Below, in pieces: positions 1 through 8,307 of a DNA stretch of 64,000 nt. Numbering within the stretch: position 1 is the stretch's first letter; every line of letters starts with the position of its first letter. The position numbers and the translations under genes were made by a program. The notes beneath the pieces are model-generated. The model was not told the DNA's origin. It searched no databases and worked only from the letters and a program-made list of their open reading frames with translations. The DNA is taken from positions 32,001-96,000 of the IMG/VR virus record IMGVR_UViG_3300032332_000934, one strand, 5' to 3'. This DNA comes from a virus (Duplodnaviria; Caudoviricetes).

Positions 1-393
1 TAAATGAAGACAGTCTTCAAATTCACATTTTTTATTTGGGCACCATAAATTTTCTCGAGAAATTGTTATTTCAAACCTGTGCCACTCTTTATCAATATCT
101 ATCAGATTAAAAAATCTAGGAGCATTTAATTTAAAATCATTATAAGACAAAGATACGCTATTATTTTTAATTAATATTGATGCAAAAGATTTAGAAGTTT
201 CTTTTTCAAATGTTTCATCGCTGATATCAGTAAAAAAATCAATATCAACTACGGCAGCGTACGGCAATGGATTATCTTGAATTTTTACATCAAAAACTAA
301 ATGTGATTTTTTGTTTAACCAAATGATCTCACTTATTGGAACATCCTTAATGTTGTATCCTAATAAATAAATATCTTCATTACTTAAAGGCAT
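1..393 (-). CDS. hypothetical protein, partial (3' end runs off window)
   Basis: Hand-translated: ATG at 393, MPLSNEDIYLLGYNIKDV..., open to position 1; starts 2 nt after the stop of the upstream gene. Confidence 0.75.
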   Translation of the reverse strand, partial: MPLSNEDIYLLGYNIKDVPISEIIWLNKKSHLVFDVKIQDNPLPYAAVVDIDFFTDISDETFEKETSKSFASILIKNNSVSLSYNDFKLNAPRFFNLIDIDKEWHRFEITISRENLWCPNKKCEFEDCLHL

Positions 394-395
394 TT

Positions 396-1691
396 TTATC
401 CAGAATACTCTGTTCCGTCGTATCCAGCTATTGTAGTGTTATTTGCTTTGGCCCAACTTGAAAGTAGTGCGGGCAATGCTGGATCGTCAGAGTCGCTACC
501 AAAAAGAGTTCTTGGGTCATGAACTATTGGATTTTCTTTAAATATATCTCTATCTTGGCCTAATGATACCCAGTTTGGAAGAGTCATTCTTATACCGCTC
601 ATTATTCTAGTGACAGCATGTTGATAAGAAGATGGAAAAAAGATTGCACTATATTTTTTAGGCTTATACGTTAAATCAATATCTTTAAACTTTATGTATC
701 CGCCATCATATTCATCATTTAAATATATAACACTACTAAAATATAAATGTTGTGCAAATTTATGATCATCTGTATGCATTGGAAGAACAGTATTTGGGCC
801 GAGCCTGGTCATCCAAAATGCTGATGTGCATAAGTCTTCCTTGCCAGATATATTTTTAAATTCAGACATTGTTCTGTCCGAAATAACTTTTATCATTTCC
901 AATGCATCATCATGATTTTTTAATGGAACTAACTCTGGAATATTTGCCTCGCTTCTAATTTTTCCTCTAACCTCACCCCTTGTTAATGGAAACTTAGACT
1001 TATCATCTTTATTTTTATTTATATAATCTATAAAAAAATTAGCTTCTTCTTCAGATATAAAATTTTCAACTATTTTTATGTTGGGGTCTAATTCTTCATT
1101 GTATGTTCTAAAAGAGTATTCTGGCAAAATATCTATCAGTAGGTGAACCCTATCCTCTTCACTATCATTAGAAACGGAATGGTATTTGAGGTTATTTATC
1201 TCCCAGCATTCAGATGTTTTCATATTAATAGTTTCTTCTCCTACTGTATAAAAAACATTTGAGTTGGTAATTAAAGGTATATGAAATCTTCTAACTGTAG
1301 ACAAATAGTCACCGTTATCTTTATGAACCGCCACATTTTTTTTAGCTCCAAGCTTAATCAAAAGAACTCTGGCAGATTTACCTACAACTTTTTCTTCAAG
1401 GGCTTCTATTATGTGAGAGACACTTAAAAAAGCTTCCAAATCTTGTATTTCGGATTTAATTGGTGTTCCAAACTTCCAATCTAGAGGATGATTTTGAACT
1501 ATGTATGTATTTGTGTGCAGGTGCGGATTTACCCTGTCCCCATAGACCTCATTTTGCCTAGATGTATAAAGACTCCATTTCTCATTAAGGTCTTTGGATA
1601 GCTTTAAAATATTATCAGTGTCGTATGAGCAAACAAGATCAAAATTAAAGGACTCTAATTCTTTTTTAGGCCTATCTGGGCTCAGTATCAT
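396..1691 (-). CDS. double 2OG-Fe(II) oxygenase: Asp/Asn beta-hydroxylase-like domain fused to prolyl-4-hydroxylase-like domain
   Basis: N-domain HKD..RFHIPLITN..WEINN..HSV.N..RVHLLID; C-domain HTD..SSVIYLNDEYDGG..FFPS..HAV..R; GAGGAG SD favours ATG at 1691. Confidence 0.85.
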   Translation of the reverse strand: MILSPDRPKKELESFNFDLVCSYDTDNILKLSKDLNEKWSLYTSRQNEVYGDRVNPHLHTNTYIVQNHPLDWKFGTPIKSEIQDLEAFLSVSHIIEALEEKVVGKSARVLLIKLGAKKNVAVHKDNGDYLSTVRRFHIPLITNSNVFYTVGEETINMKTSECWEINNLKYHSVSNDSEEDRVHLLIDILPEYSFRTYNEELDPNIKIVENFISEEEANFFIDYINKNKDDKSKFPLTRGEVRGKIRSEANIPELVPLKNHDDALEMIKVISDRTMSEFKNISGKEDLCTSAFWMTRLGPNTVLPMHTDDHKFAQHLYFSSVIYLNDEYDGGYIKFKDIDLTYKPKKYSAIFFPSSYQHAVTRIMSGIRMTLPNWVSLGQDRDIFKENPIVHDPRTLFGSDSDDPALPALLSSWAKANNTTIAGYDGTEYSG

Positions 1692-2487
1692 TTTGCTCCT
1701 CAATATCTTTTACAAAATTATAAATAGCATAGTCTATGCTATTTAAATGTAAAATCTTTTCTATATCTTTTTCACTAAGCATTTCAATTAAATCTTTAGA
1801 AGAATAAGATTTTTCGTTATGGGTAGATAGGCTTTCGTTTATCCTATCACTTTTGTTAAAATTAATAACGAGGCCGTGATTGCTTAAGAACCAATCTGAA
1901 ATATCTTTTAAAAATAAATCTATCCTTGCAACTGTATTTTTTATTTTAAATTTAGAAAGATTTTCTATTGCCAACTCTAAGGAAGTTTTTTCATTTCCAA
2001 CAAACCAATCAAAAGCCAAACCATTTTGATATTTTTTTAAAATATCATTGCTTTCTTTAAAATATTGTTTCCTATCCCATGACCTTGAGTCTGATGGGTT
2101 GCACAAAAATCTACTCTGATAATTATTATGTGATAAGAAGTTGTTGTCTTCAAATAAATAATAAAAAAACTTTTCCTTCATTGTACCAAGATCCATATAT
2201 TCTTTTCTTGTATCTAAATACATGTGATATATGAAGTTAAAATAGCTTGCTCTTGCATCAACTGGGTGTCTTACTATTGTAGCTACATCAACATCGTCTA
2301 TAGTTTCAGGAATGTACGTACCAGCATGTGCAGAAATGTATATTTTATCTAATAAAAACTCTTTATTGTTTGGGAAGTGAGTGCTAATGTATAAAGAACT
2401 CGAATGTTCTGGGATAGAATCTAATATACATTTAGATATAAACTTACCAGCTGTTTTTGGTATATGCAAAAAATACAACTGGCTCAC
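1672..2487 (-). CDS. sulfotransferase family protein (Sulfotransfer_2-like)
   Basis: LYFLHIPKTAG 5'-PSB motif, R-HP..R..S-YF 3'-PB motif, C-terminal N..D..IY. Confidence 0.8.
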   Translation of the reverse strand: MSQLYFLHIPKTAGKFISKCILDSIPEHSSSLYISTHFPNNKEFLLDKIYISAHAGTYIPETIDDVDVATIVRHPVDARASYFNFIYHMYLDTRKEYMDLGTMKEKFFYYLFEDNNFLSHNNYQSRFLCNPSDSRSWDRKQYFKESNDILKKYQNGLAFDWFVGNEKTSLELAIENLSKFKIKNTVARIDLFLKDISDWFLSNHGLVINFNKSDRINESLSTHNEKSYSSKDLIEMLSEKDIEKILHLNSIDYAIYNFVKDIEEQNDTEPR

Positions 2488-2492
2488 AATAT

Positions 2493-2972
2493 TTACTCTT
2501 CAATGTTTTTTAAAGTTTTAAAGCCATCATTAAACTCATTTGAAAGCAACATATTTCTTTTTTCCGCCATACCATTTTTCATTAACCATTTTACATTACC
2601 ATGCATGTCTACCAGACAAGATAGTCTCTCTGGAATATCATACTCTTCATTTAAGCTAGAAAACTTTTTAGATATAGATCTATCATGGTCTAAAAATATA
2701 TTCCAGAAATCTGGTATATTATTTTCTTTTTTCCATGATTCAGTTTCTTCTTCAGAATTGCATGTGACAACCACAAGTGCAATACCATCAACTGAGATGT
2801 AACCATCTTTTAGCTCTTTAACTTCAATTGAACATGTGTCACTTAGTATATTTGGAATAAAATGAATATTTAAATATTTATAATTATCTAACTCCATAGA
2901 AGAAATAAGGGAATAAGTTGCTTCCTTGACTAAATCTTGGCTAATCCATTCAGGATTAATTTCTTTATTCAT
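2493..2972 (-). CDS. divergent peroxiredoxin/AhpC-TSA fold protein
   Basis: FIP..SDTCSIE resembles the PxxxTxxC region; D.DRSISKKF and ERLSCLVD..G.V match the Prx C-terminal half. Confidence 0.55.
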   Translation of the reverse strand: MNKEINPEWISQDLVKEATYSLISSMELDNYKYLNIHFIPNILSDTCSIEVKELKDGYISVDGIALVVVTCNSEEETESWKKENNIPDFWNIFLDHDRSISKKFSSLNEEYDIPERLSCLVDMHGNVKWLMKNGMAEKRNMLLSNEFNDGFKTLKNIEE

Positions 2973-3195
2973 GGTTAAATCTCCTTTTTATTTTTTCCCA
3001 TTGACCAATTTTACCAGAAGATACTTTAGATCGCAATAGCTCAGAAAAAATTTCATGAGAATTTTGATTTCCAATGTATTCTTGACCAGTTTCCATATCA
3101 ATAATTTTCCATTTAGCTGGGGCTTTAGTATGTATTATTAAATCTATGGGATGTAAAAATTCTTCTACTTCTGTCCCGTCTTGAAGTTTTCTAAT
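2965..3195 (-). CDS. hypothetical protein with apparent ATT start (76 aa)
   Basis: Open frame (I)RKLQDGTEVEEFLHPIDLIIHTKAPAKWKIIDMETGQEYIG...; AAGGGG SD upstream; in-frame TAA just upstream; fills an otherwise empty gap. Confidence 0.6.
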   Translation of the reverse strand: MRKLQDGTEVEEFLHPIDLIIHTKAPAKWKIIDMETGQEYIGNQNSHEIFSELLRSKVSSGKIGQWEKIKRRFNHE

Positions 3196-3335
3196 TTTAT
3201 ATCCCCTTTATGGTTTGGATGATAATCATCTACAATAGATTTAATTCTACCGTCTTTTCTAATTTTTATAATCTTTCCATCTTTTATTATAGTATCATTA
3301 AAGGGTGGGTGTTTACCAAATTTTTTTGGAGACAT
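3165..3335 (-). CDS. small basic hypothetical protein (56 aa)
   Basis: MSPKKFGKHPPFNDTIIKDGKIIKIRKDGRIK...; TAATG coupling to upstream stop. Confidence 0.65.
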   Translation of the reverse strand: MSPKKFGKHPPFNDTIIKDGKIIKIRKDGRIKSIVDDYHPNHKGDIKLENFKTGQK

Positions 3336-3511
3336 TATATTTTTTTTCTGCCCACCTTTTTGGGTGGAACTGCAGGAGTTTCTCTCCTTATGCCATGTTT
3401 ATTAACATCCACTTTCATTGGAGGTCTTTTTTCATGAATACCAGATTTAAATTTACCCTGAGAAGGATTTTTTTTAGTTGCCTCTCCAGAGTTTACAACG
3501 TTTTCTGACAC
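3335..3511 (-). CDS. small basic hypothetical protein (58 aa)
   Basis: GTG start overlapping upstream TAG; MSENVVNSGEATKKNPSQGKFKSG...KKVGRKKI. Confidence 0.65.
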   Translation of the reverse strand: MSENVVNSGEATKKNPSQGKFKSGIHEKRPPMKVDVNKHGIRRETPAVPPKKVGRKKI

Positions 3512-3618
3512 TAGTTGCCCTTAATCTGTGTGATAGTTACAACATTTCTGCTAGCTGGTGACTCAGCAGACTCATTTTGAATTTCTTGCTCTAAACCGCA
3601 TCCGCAATCTTTGCACAT
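3511..3618 (-). CDS. MCxxCGCG micropeptide (35 aa), putative metal-binding
   Basis: MCKDCGCGLEQEIQNESAESPASRNVVTITQIKGN; TAATG coupling. Confidence 0.65.
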   Translation of the reverse strand: MCKDCGCGLEQEIQNESAESPASRNVVTITQIKGN

Positions 3619-3767
3619 TATTCGCTTATAAACCTTTCTGTTTCAGATCTCGTTGATGTCATGCTTAATGTTACTCCAGCATTACCTTGAGAGGTCTTAT
3701 CTTCAATTGAAACTGGAACTATACCAGTTTCGCTTCCTACTGAACCGCATCCGCATTCAATACACAT
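3618..3767 (-). CDS. MCxxCGCG micropeptide (49 aa), putative metal-binding
   Basis: MCIECGCGSVGSETGIVPVSIEDKTSQGNAGVTLSMTSTRSETERFISE; starts 2 nt after upstream stop. Confidence 0.65.
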   Translation of the reverse strand: MCIECGCGSVGSETGIVPVSIEDKTSQGNAGVTLSMTSTRSETERFISE

Positions 3768-3769
3768 AA

Positions 3770-3985
3770 TTACTTGTATGTTCCTGGCATGTCTGATTCA
3801 TCTGCACCTGTAATTGGAAGCGCTGATGAAGATCCTTCTCCATTTAGCCCTGCATTGCCTTGTGAAGACATGTCTGATGATGCAAAAGCTTTTCCTGGTG
3901 CATCTGAAAGGTGCAAGTTAAGGTTGTTTGATCCTGACTGCTCGCCTGTCTCGTTAAATCCTGTTAAATTCAATCCATCTGTCAT
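3770..3985 (-). CDS. small acidic Gly/Ser-rich hypothetical protein
   Basis: 71 aa ORF, AGGAG SD, promoter and hairpin upstream. Confidence 0.75.
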   Translation of the reverse strand: MTDGLNLTGFNETGEQSGSNNLNLHLSDAPGKAFASSDMSSQGNAGLNGEGSSSALPITGADESDMPGTYK

Positions 3986-4011
3986 TTTATTACTCCTATA
4001 GGTTATTAATT

Positions 4012-4051
4012 TAAGCGGGACTAGTATTCCGCTTATGAGTATATTATAGCA
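4012..4051 (-). promoter_or_regulatory. extended -10 promoter followed by 5'-UTR hairpin
   Basis: TGCTATAAT at 4051-4043; inverted repeat TAAGCGGAA/TCCCGCTTA at 4012-4035. Confidence 0.6.
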
Positions 4052-4060
4052 TTTAGTTGA

Positions 4061-4180
4061 TTAGGATCGATATTGTTCATGCCAGCAATCATCACATATA
4101 TCTATAATCTCACCGACTTTACCAGAAAGCCTCGTGGCTTTGTTGCCACAGTCTTTTATTTCACAAAATCCACTAAACAT
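4061..4180 (-). CDS. small zinc-finger-like protein (39 aa)
   Basis: MFSGFCEIKDCGNKATRLSGKVGEIIDICDDCWHEQYRS; CxxxxC...CxxC. Confidence 0.6.
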   Translation of the reverse strand: MFSGFCEIKDCGNKATRLSGKVGEIIDICDDCWHEQYRS

Positions 4181-4198
4181 TTTTACCCATTTTATCCC

Positions 4199-4879
4199 TT
4201 AATTTCTTATTTTTTCTAAGATTCTATCTGAATCAAATCCTTCAAATGCATACTCTTTTGATAAAGTAGACCAGAACACTATTGCATCCCTGGTACCCTC
4301 CGTAACTACTTTGCCACCGTGAGGTTTATTAGAAGGGAATATTACCATGTCACCAGCCTTGGGCTTGTAAACAATCCCGCCCATAGAATCATCGTAGAGA
4401 GGAAAAGAAACCATTGCTGATTTAGAATGGTCCATCCTTAAATCATTTTCTGTTGCAACATATTTATCTACAAAAGCTATCTCTCCGCCTTCATAATTGT
4501 CGTTTAAATACATTACTCCAGAGTAAACTAAATCACTAAATTCTTCGTGAACGTCAGAATGTAGTCTAATCTGTATGTCTTTACTTAGCCTTGTAATAGA
4601 TACTCCATAGAAATATATTTCCCTGCCATCTGAAAATTCATTTTTTGAAGAATCAATAAACATTTTAGAATACTTATCGATAACAGGCTGAAGATCTTTA
4701 AAAAGTGATGCTGGCTTTTCATCTGGGAATATTGCTCTAACTGCAATACCTTTATTATTTGCTAAACCAACCCTATGTCTAAATTTTGTTTGGTCTTCCC
4801 AGTTTTCGTCTATGTATTTTATTAAAAAATTAATATCTTCTTTAGAAGCAAAGTTACTTATAAATTTAACATCATGCAT
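4199..4879 (-). CDS. 2OG-Fe(II) oxygenase (prolyl-4-hydroxylase-like)
   Basis: HSD..YSGVMYLNDNYEGGE..YKPKAGDMVIFPS..HG..GTR. Confidence 0.88.
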   Translation of the reverse strand: MHDVKFISNFASKEDINFLIKYIDENWEDQTKFRHRVGLANNKGIAVRAIFPDEKPASLFKDLQPVIDKYSKMFIDSSKNEFSDGREIYFYGVSITRLSKDIQIRLHSDVHEEFSDLVYSGVMYLNDNYEGGEIAFVDKYVATENDLRMDHSKSAMVSFPLYDDSMGGIVYKPKAGDMVIFPSNKPHGGKVVTEGTRDAIVFWSTLSKEYAFEGFDSDRILEKIRN

Positions 4880-5666
4880 TAAGTACCTCCAAATTTTTTT
4901 TTATAAATTCGTGAACCCTGTAAACTTCAGGATCAAACGGTAGGCCAGTAACCATTATATCAGTTACTCCATTTTTTTTAAGATCCATAAGTTTTTCCAA
5001 TAAAGTATTTTCTGAATAAAAATAGCACCACTTTAGCTTATCTCCATCGTAATTTGCATGCTTTACTTCATCAGCTTCTTCATCTGTATCCCTAATACAT
5101 ATCTGTAGGCTTACGCACCTGGTATCAAATTGAGATAAAAACTCTTTATTTTCCATATAATAATCAACCATTACCATTATGCCGCCGTTAAATTTTTTAC
5201 AATTATCAAAGGTTGCTTTTGAAGTACCACTCATAAACATTTTTGGTAGGTTACTCTTCAGTATTTCTAAGTTTTTAAATTTTTCTAGCCATAACCCAGT
5301 GTACTTAACCCTATCTTGCGAAGTCAATAATATAGATGAATCAACTAAATCTTCAACACTAGTCTCATTTGCATGCAAATCACCAGCAACAATATTAAAC
5401 ATAATCTTATCTCTTGCAATTTCTTCAAAGCCTTTTACCATAAGCCCAAGATACTCTGGGCTAATGGCATAAGTTCTCATTGCTATAATATATTTTAACG
5501 CTATGCTTGGGTCTATTGCCCTAGCAAGCTTAATAAACATGTCATTCTCTCTTGAATGGTAAGTTAACATGCATGAGGTATACCCAAAGCTATTAATATA
5601 ATTAAAAGCTTTTCTTAAACCATCTGGGCTTGTATCTTCATGCCTGATCATCCAATGAAATTTCAT
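4872..5666 (-). CDS. LLM-class flavin-dependent monooxygenase (luciferase-like)
   Basis: MKFHW start, GYTSCMLTY, KYIIAMRTYAISPEY, FNIVAG, SGTS motifs resemble SsuD/LLM family. Confidence 0.7.
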   Translation of the reverse strand: MKFHWMIRHEDTSPDGLRKAFNYINSFGYTSCMLTYHSRENDMFIKLARAIDPSIALKYIIAMRTYAISPEYLGLMVKGFEEIARDKIMFNIVAGDLHANETSVEDLVDSSILLTSQDRVKYTGLWLEKFKNLEILKSNLPKMFMSGTSKATFDNCKKFNGGIMVMVDYYMENKEFLSQFDTRCVSLQICIRDTDEEADEVKHANYDGDKLKWCYFYSENTLLEKLMDLKKNGVTDIMVTGLPFDPEVYRVHEFIKKNLEVLNA

Positions 5667-5673
5667 TTTTTAA

Positions 5674-5904
5674 TTACTTGATCTTCCTAAACCAGCGATT
5701 ATTCCAAATTCTTTCAAATATAAAGTATCCAACAATTTCCCAAGCAACGTATAATAAAAAACCTACAGTTATGGGCTCCAGGTATTCGTTTTCCCATTTA
5801 CCAGTAATAACATATATTAAATATGAGAATAGCAGGCTAGCAACGCCTACATGAAATGCAGTATAGCTTATTGCCTTAATAGAGCTTCTCTTTTTAGATT
5901 CCAT
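5674..5904 (-). CDS. DUF2061-like membrane protein
   Basis: ESKKRSSIKAISY...YFIFERIWN, two hydrophobic segments. Confidence 0.7.
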   Translation of the reverse strand: MESKKRSSIKAISYTAFHVGVASLLFSYLIYVITGKWENEYLEPITVGFLLYVAWEIVGYFIFERIWNNRWFRKIK

Positions 5905-6167
5905 TATAGGACTGCAGATCCTTTTCCTCCGCCTGAAGACTTCTTGACTGGTGCTTTCTTGGCTGGTGCCTTCTTGACTGGTGCCTTCTTGGCTGGTGCT
6001 TTCTTGGCTGGTGCTTTCTTGGCTGGTGCCTTCTTGACTGGTGCCTTCTTGGCTGGTGCCTTCTTGGCAGCTTTCTTAATAACAATAGTGTCCATTTTTT
6101 CAAACACAACTTCTTTTGGTGTGACACGAAGCCAACCAAGAATATTTATTTTTAATTTAGTTAACAT
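5904..6167 (-). CDS. histone H1-like Lys/Ala/Pro-rich basic protein
   Basis: About 8 tandem KKAP(A/V) pentapeptides. Confidence 0.75.
   Translation of the reverse strand: MLTKLKINILGWLRVTPKEVVFEKMDTIVIKKAAKKAPAKKAPVKKAPAKKAPAKKAPAKKAPVKKAPAKKAPVKKSSGGGKGSAVL
5941..6075. repeat. 15-bp coding tandem repeat (KKAP[AV])
   Basis: Repeated ttcttg[ga]ctggtgc[ct] units. Confidence 0.85.
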
Positions 6168-6313
6168 GATTCCTCTTTTTCTTTTAATTTTCTAAGTACG
6201 AGAGCTAAAACGTCTTTAGGTCTCCAGTGTGGCGGAAATTCTAAATTTTCTATTTCATTAATTAATTCGGTTAAAATTTTTTTTTGAACTACGTGAAAGT
6301 GATCCCATTCCAT
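6161..6313 (-). CDS. small hypothetical protein (50 aa), probably leaderless
   Basis: MEWDHFHVVQKKILTELINEIENLEFPPHWRPKDVL...; TGATAGAAT 7 nt upstream of ATG. Confidence 0.65.
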   Translation of the reverse strand: MEWDHFHVVQKKILTELINEIENLEFPPHWRPKDVLALVLRKLKEKEESC

Positions 6314-6340
6314 AATATCTATTCTATCATAATAGTAATA

Positions 6341-6368
6341 GTGGGGCAGGCACGTGCACCTGCCCCAC
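6341..6368 (-). terminator. intrinsic terminator-like GC hairpin
   Basis: Perfect 10-bp stem GTGGGGCAGG/CCTGCCCCAC just after the 6379..7539 stop. Confidence 0.75.
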
Positions 6369-6378
6369 CTCTAAATAA

Positions 6379-7539
6379 TTACTTAACGTAAGTAACCTTA
6401 GCCTTTGGATTCTTTACATTCCACTTCTTTGCAAGTGCGTTGAAAGCATCCTTAATTGACTTAAGTGCTGTAGCATTATCTGCTGTTAACTTAGCAATAG
6501 TTGCATCCTTATCAAGGACAACCTTATCATTTGCAGCCTTTACATCAGCAGCAGCTTTATCAGCAGCAACCTTTGCATCTGCAAGTGCCTTTGCTGAAGC
6601 AGCCTTCTCTGCTGCAAGAGCAGCATCTGAAGCATTCTTAGCAGCAACAGCATCTGAAGCAGCCTTTACCACTGCAGCATCTGAAACTGCCTTAGCAGCA
6701 TTTGCTGCATCTGTTGCAGCCTTAGCAGCAGCAAGTTCTGAGATTAGATCACGAACTGCAATTTCTGCAAACGGTGCAAGTGCACGAGCAGGAAGTCCAA
6801 CTACATCTGCAGATGTAGCATCTGATGATGTTGTAGGTGCAAATGTTATTAATGATCGTGATCCAGTTGCTGGAAGTGTTGCAACAAACTTTGCAACTCC
6901 AAAATCTGAAAGTGTAGCACCAGTTGTTGCTGTTGCTGTATCTAGTGTTGCTGTTGCAGCAAAGACTGTTGCAGTAATTGACTTACCAGATACTTTGTTA
7001 CCAAATGTGTCTGTTGCAGTTACTGTAATATCTTGCTTTGTTCCAGCAGCTCCTGCAGCTGGTGCAGATACTGTTAGAGTGTTAATCTTGCCAGCTGTTC
7101 CCTGTACGTAATACGTAAGTGTTGTTCCGCCATTTGTGATTACAACTGTACCAATTGCTGTTGTCTTTGTGTAGACATAGAATGTTGCTGTTGTTCCTGT
7201 ACCAGTTGCAATTGTCAAGGATGATGATCCTGATGTTGCTCCTACTGGTGCAGCAGTTGTGTGTAGTGCAGACACGATTGTTGCGTTTGTTGCTACGACT
7301 GAAACACTTGTTCCAACATCAACTGTTGCAATAAACTTTAGTGCGTCAGCTGCATCAACTGAGTTGTCTGCAGGTACTGGCAATGATGCAGGTGTTGCGA
7401 TTGCTGAATTTGTAGTATTTGCTACAGTGTCAAGCGATACAGCGACTGTCATTACAGCAGCACTTGCAGGTGTTGCTACCATTGTGCCCAAAGTCATGGC
7501 TGCAACCATGGCTAGTGCGATTTTCTTAAATGAGTTCAT
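6379..7539 (-). CDS. secreted Ala/Thr-rich surface protein (signal peptide, Ig-like beta region, Ala-rich coiled coil)
   Basis: MNSFKKIALAMVAAMTLG...ASA signal peptide; V.ATDTFGN.V Ig-like motif; basic C-terminal tail. Confidence 0.7.
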   Translation of the reverse strand: MNSFKKIALAMVAAMTLGTMVATPASAAVMTVAVSLDTVANTTNSAIATPASLPVPADNSVDAADALKFIATVDVGTSVSVVATNATIVSALHTTAAPVGATSGSSSLTIATGTGTTATFYVYTKTTAIGTVVITNGGTTLTYYVQGTAGKINTLTVSAPAAGAAGTKQDITVTATDTFGNKVSGKSITATVFAATATLDTATATTGATLSDFGVAKFVATLPATGSRSLITFAPTTSSDATSADVVGLPARALAPFAEIAVRDLISELAAAKAATDAANAAKAVSDAAVVKAASDAVAAKNASDAALAAEKAASAKALADAKVAADKAAADVKAANDKVVLDKDATIAKLTADNATALKSIKDAFNALAKKWNVKNPKAKVTYVK

Positions 7540-7561
7540 TTAATTTATTCTCCTTATTTCC

Positions 7562-7600
7562 TCTGCCTCTATTATTGAGTGCAGAAATTTAGTTTAGTAT
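7562..7600 (-). promoter_or_regulatory. -10 element with 5'-UTR hairpin
   Basis: TATACT at 7600-7595; TCTGC-ACTC/GAG-GCAGA stem at 7562-7584; AAGGAG SD follows. Confidence 0.5.
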
Positions 7601-7762
7601 ATTTACTTTTACATGGAAAGAACACGGATCTCCGCCTTCTTCCCATTCTTGCATTTCTTCATCGCTTAATGGAGGGCCTTCATGTGTATCGCAAAATACA
7701 TCTGAAACCCAACCCTTACGATATCCAAATTTAATCCAGAAATTAAATAATTTCATTTTCAT
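7589..7762 (-). CDS. hypothetical protein
   Basis: ORF with C.TH.G.P...E...W..G.DPC motif; ATGA overlap with thioredoxin stop. Confidence 0.65.
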   Translation of the reverse strand: MKMKLFNFWIKFGYRKGWVSDVFCDTHEGPPLSDEEMQEWEEGGDPCSFHVKVNILN

Positions 7763-8067
7763 TCTGAGATCCATTCTGAAAGTTCCTCTAGCAAAATATG
7801 CTTAGGCTTTGCACCAGCAATAGATTTAACTGGTTTCCCAGATCTAAATAGTACCATGTATGGGATTGAGGTTATTGAGTATTCTGCTGATTTGATAGGA
7901 TTCTCATCAACATTTAACTTTCCAACCCATAATCCACGCTCTGAAGATATCTCATCTAGTATTGGAGATACCTTTTTACATGGGCCGCACCAAGGTGCCC
8001 AAAAATCGATAAGTATAGTTTTATGACTAGATACTACGCTATCAAAATTCTCATCAGTTACTATCAT
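7759..8067 (-). CDS. trxA: thioredoxin
   Basis: DFWAPWCGPC active site, SIP cis-Pro, GA.PK. Confidence 0.95.
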   Translation of the reverse strand: MIVTDENFDSVVSSHKTILIDFWAPWCGPCKKVSPILDEISSERGLWVGKLNVDENPIKSAEYSITSIPYMVLFRSGKPVKSIAGAKPKHILLEELSEWISE

Positions 8068-8079
8068 ATGAGTATAATA

Positions 8080-8307
8080 CTAAATTTCAGAGCCTTTGTC
8101 AACAGATTTTAGGTTTTCTGCTTCTGCATTAAATTTATCCATAAACTTTTGTACCACAAAGAATGTGGTCTCAGAGGCATTTTTTGCCATTGCTTTAGAA
8201 GATTCTTCTGTTCTCTGTTCGGCTGGAACTGAGTTGTACCACAACTGGTATAGCTCAGTTGCAACATCTTCAACTATTGCTTGCATTACGGTTACATTGT
8301 TATCCAT
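8080..8307 (-). CDS. hypothetical protein
   Basis: 75 aa ORF in operon context. Confidence 0.65.
   Translation of the reverse strand: MDNNVTVMQAIVEDVATELYQLWYNSVPAEQRTEESSKAMAKNASETTFFVVQKFMDKFNAEAENLKSVDKGSEI

Noticed and set aside
4872-5666. Bioluminescence gene
   Set aside because: The luciferase-like fold is a broad monooxygenase family; no other lux genes are present
5894-6139. Alternative-frame RRHQP repeat ORF; similarly 14785..15264 and 46054..46473
   Set aside because: Out-of-frame readings of repeat-rich genes
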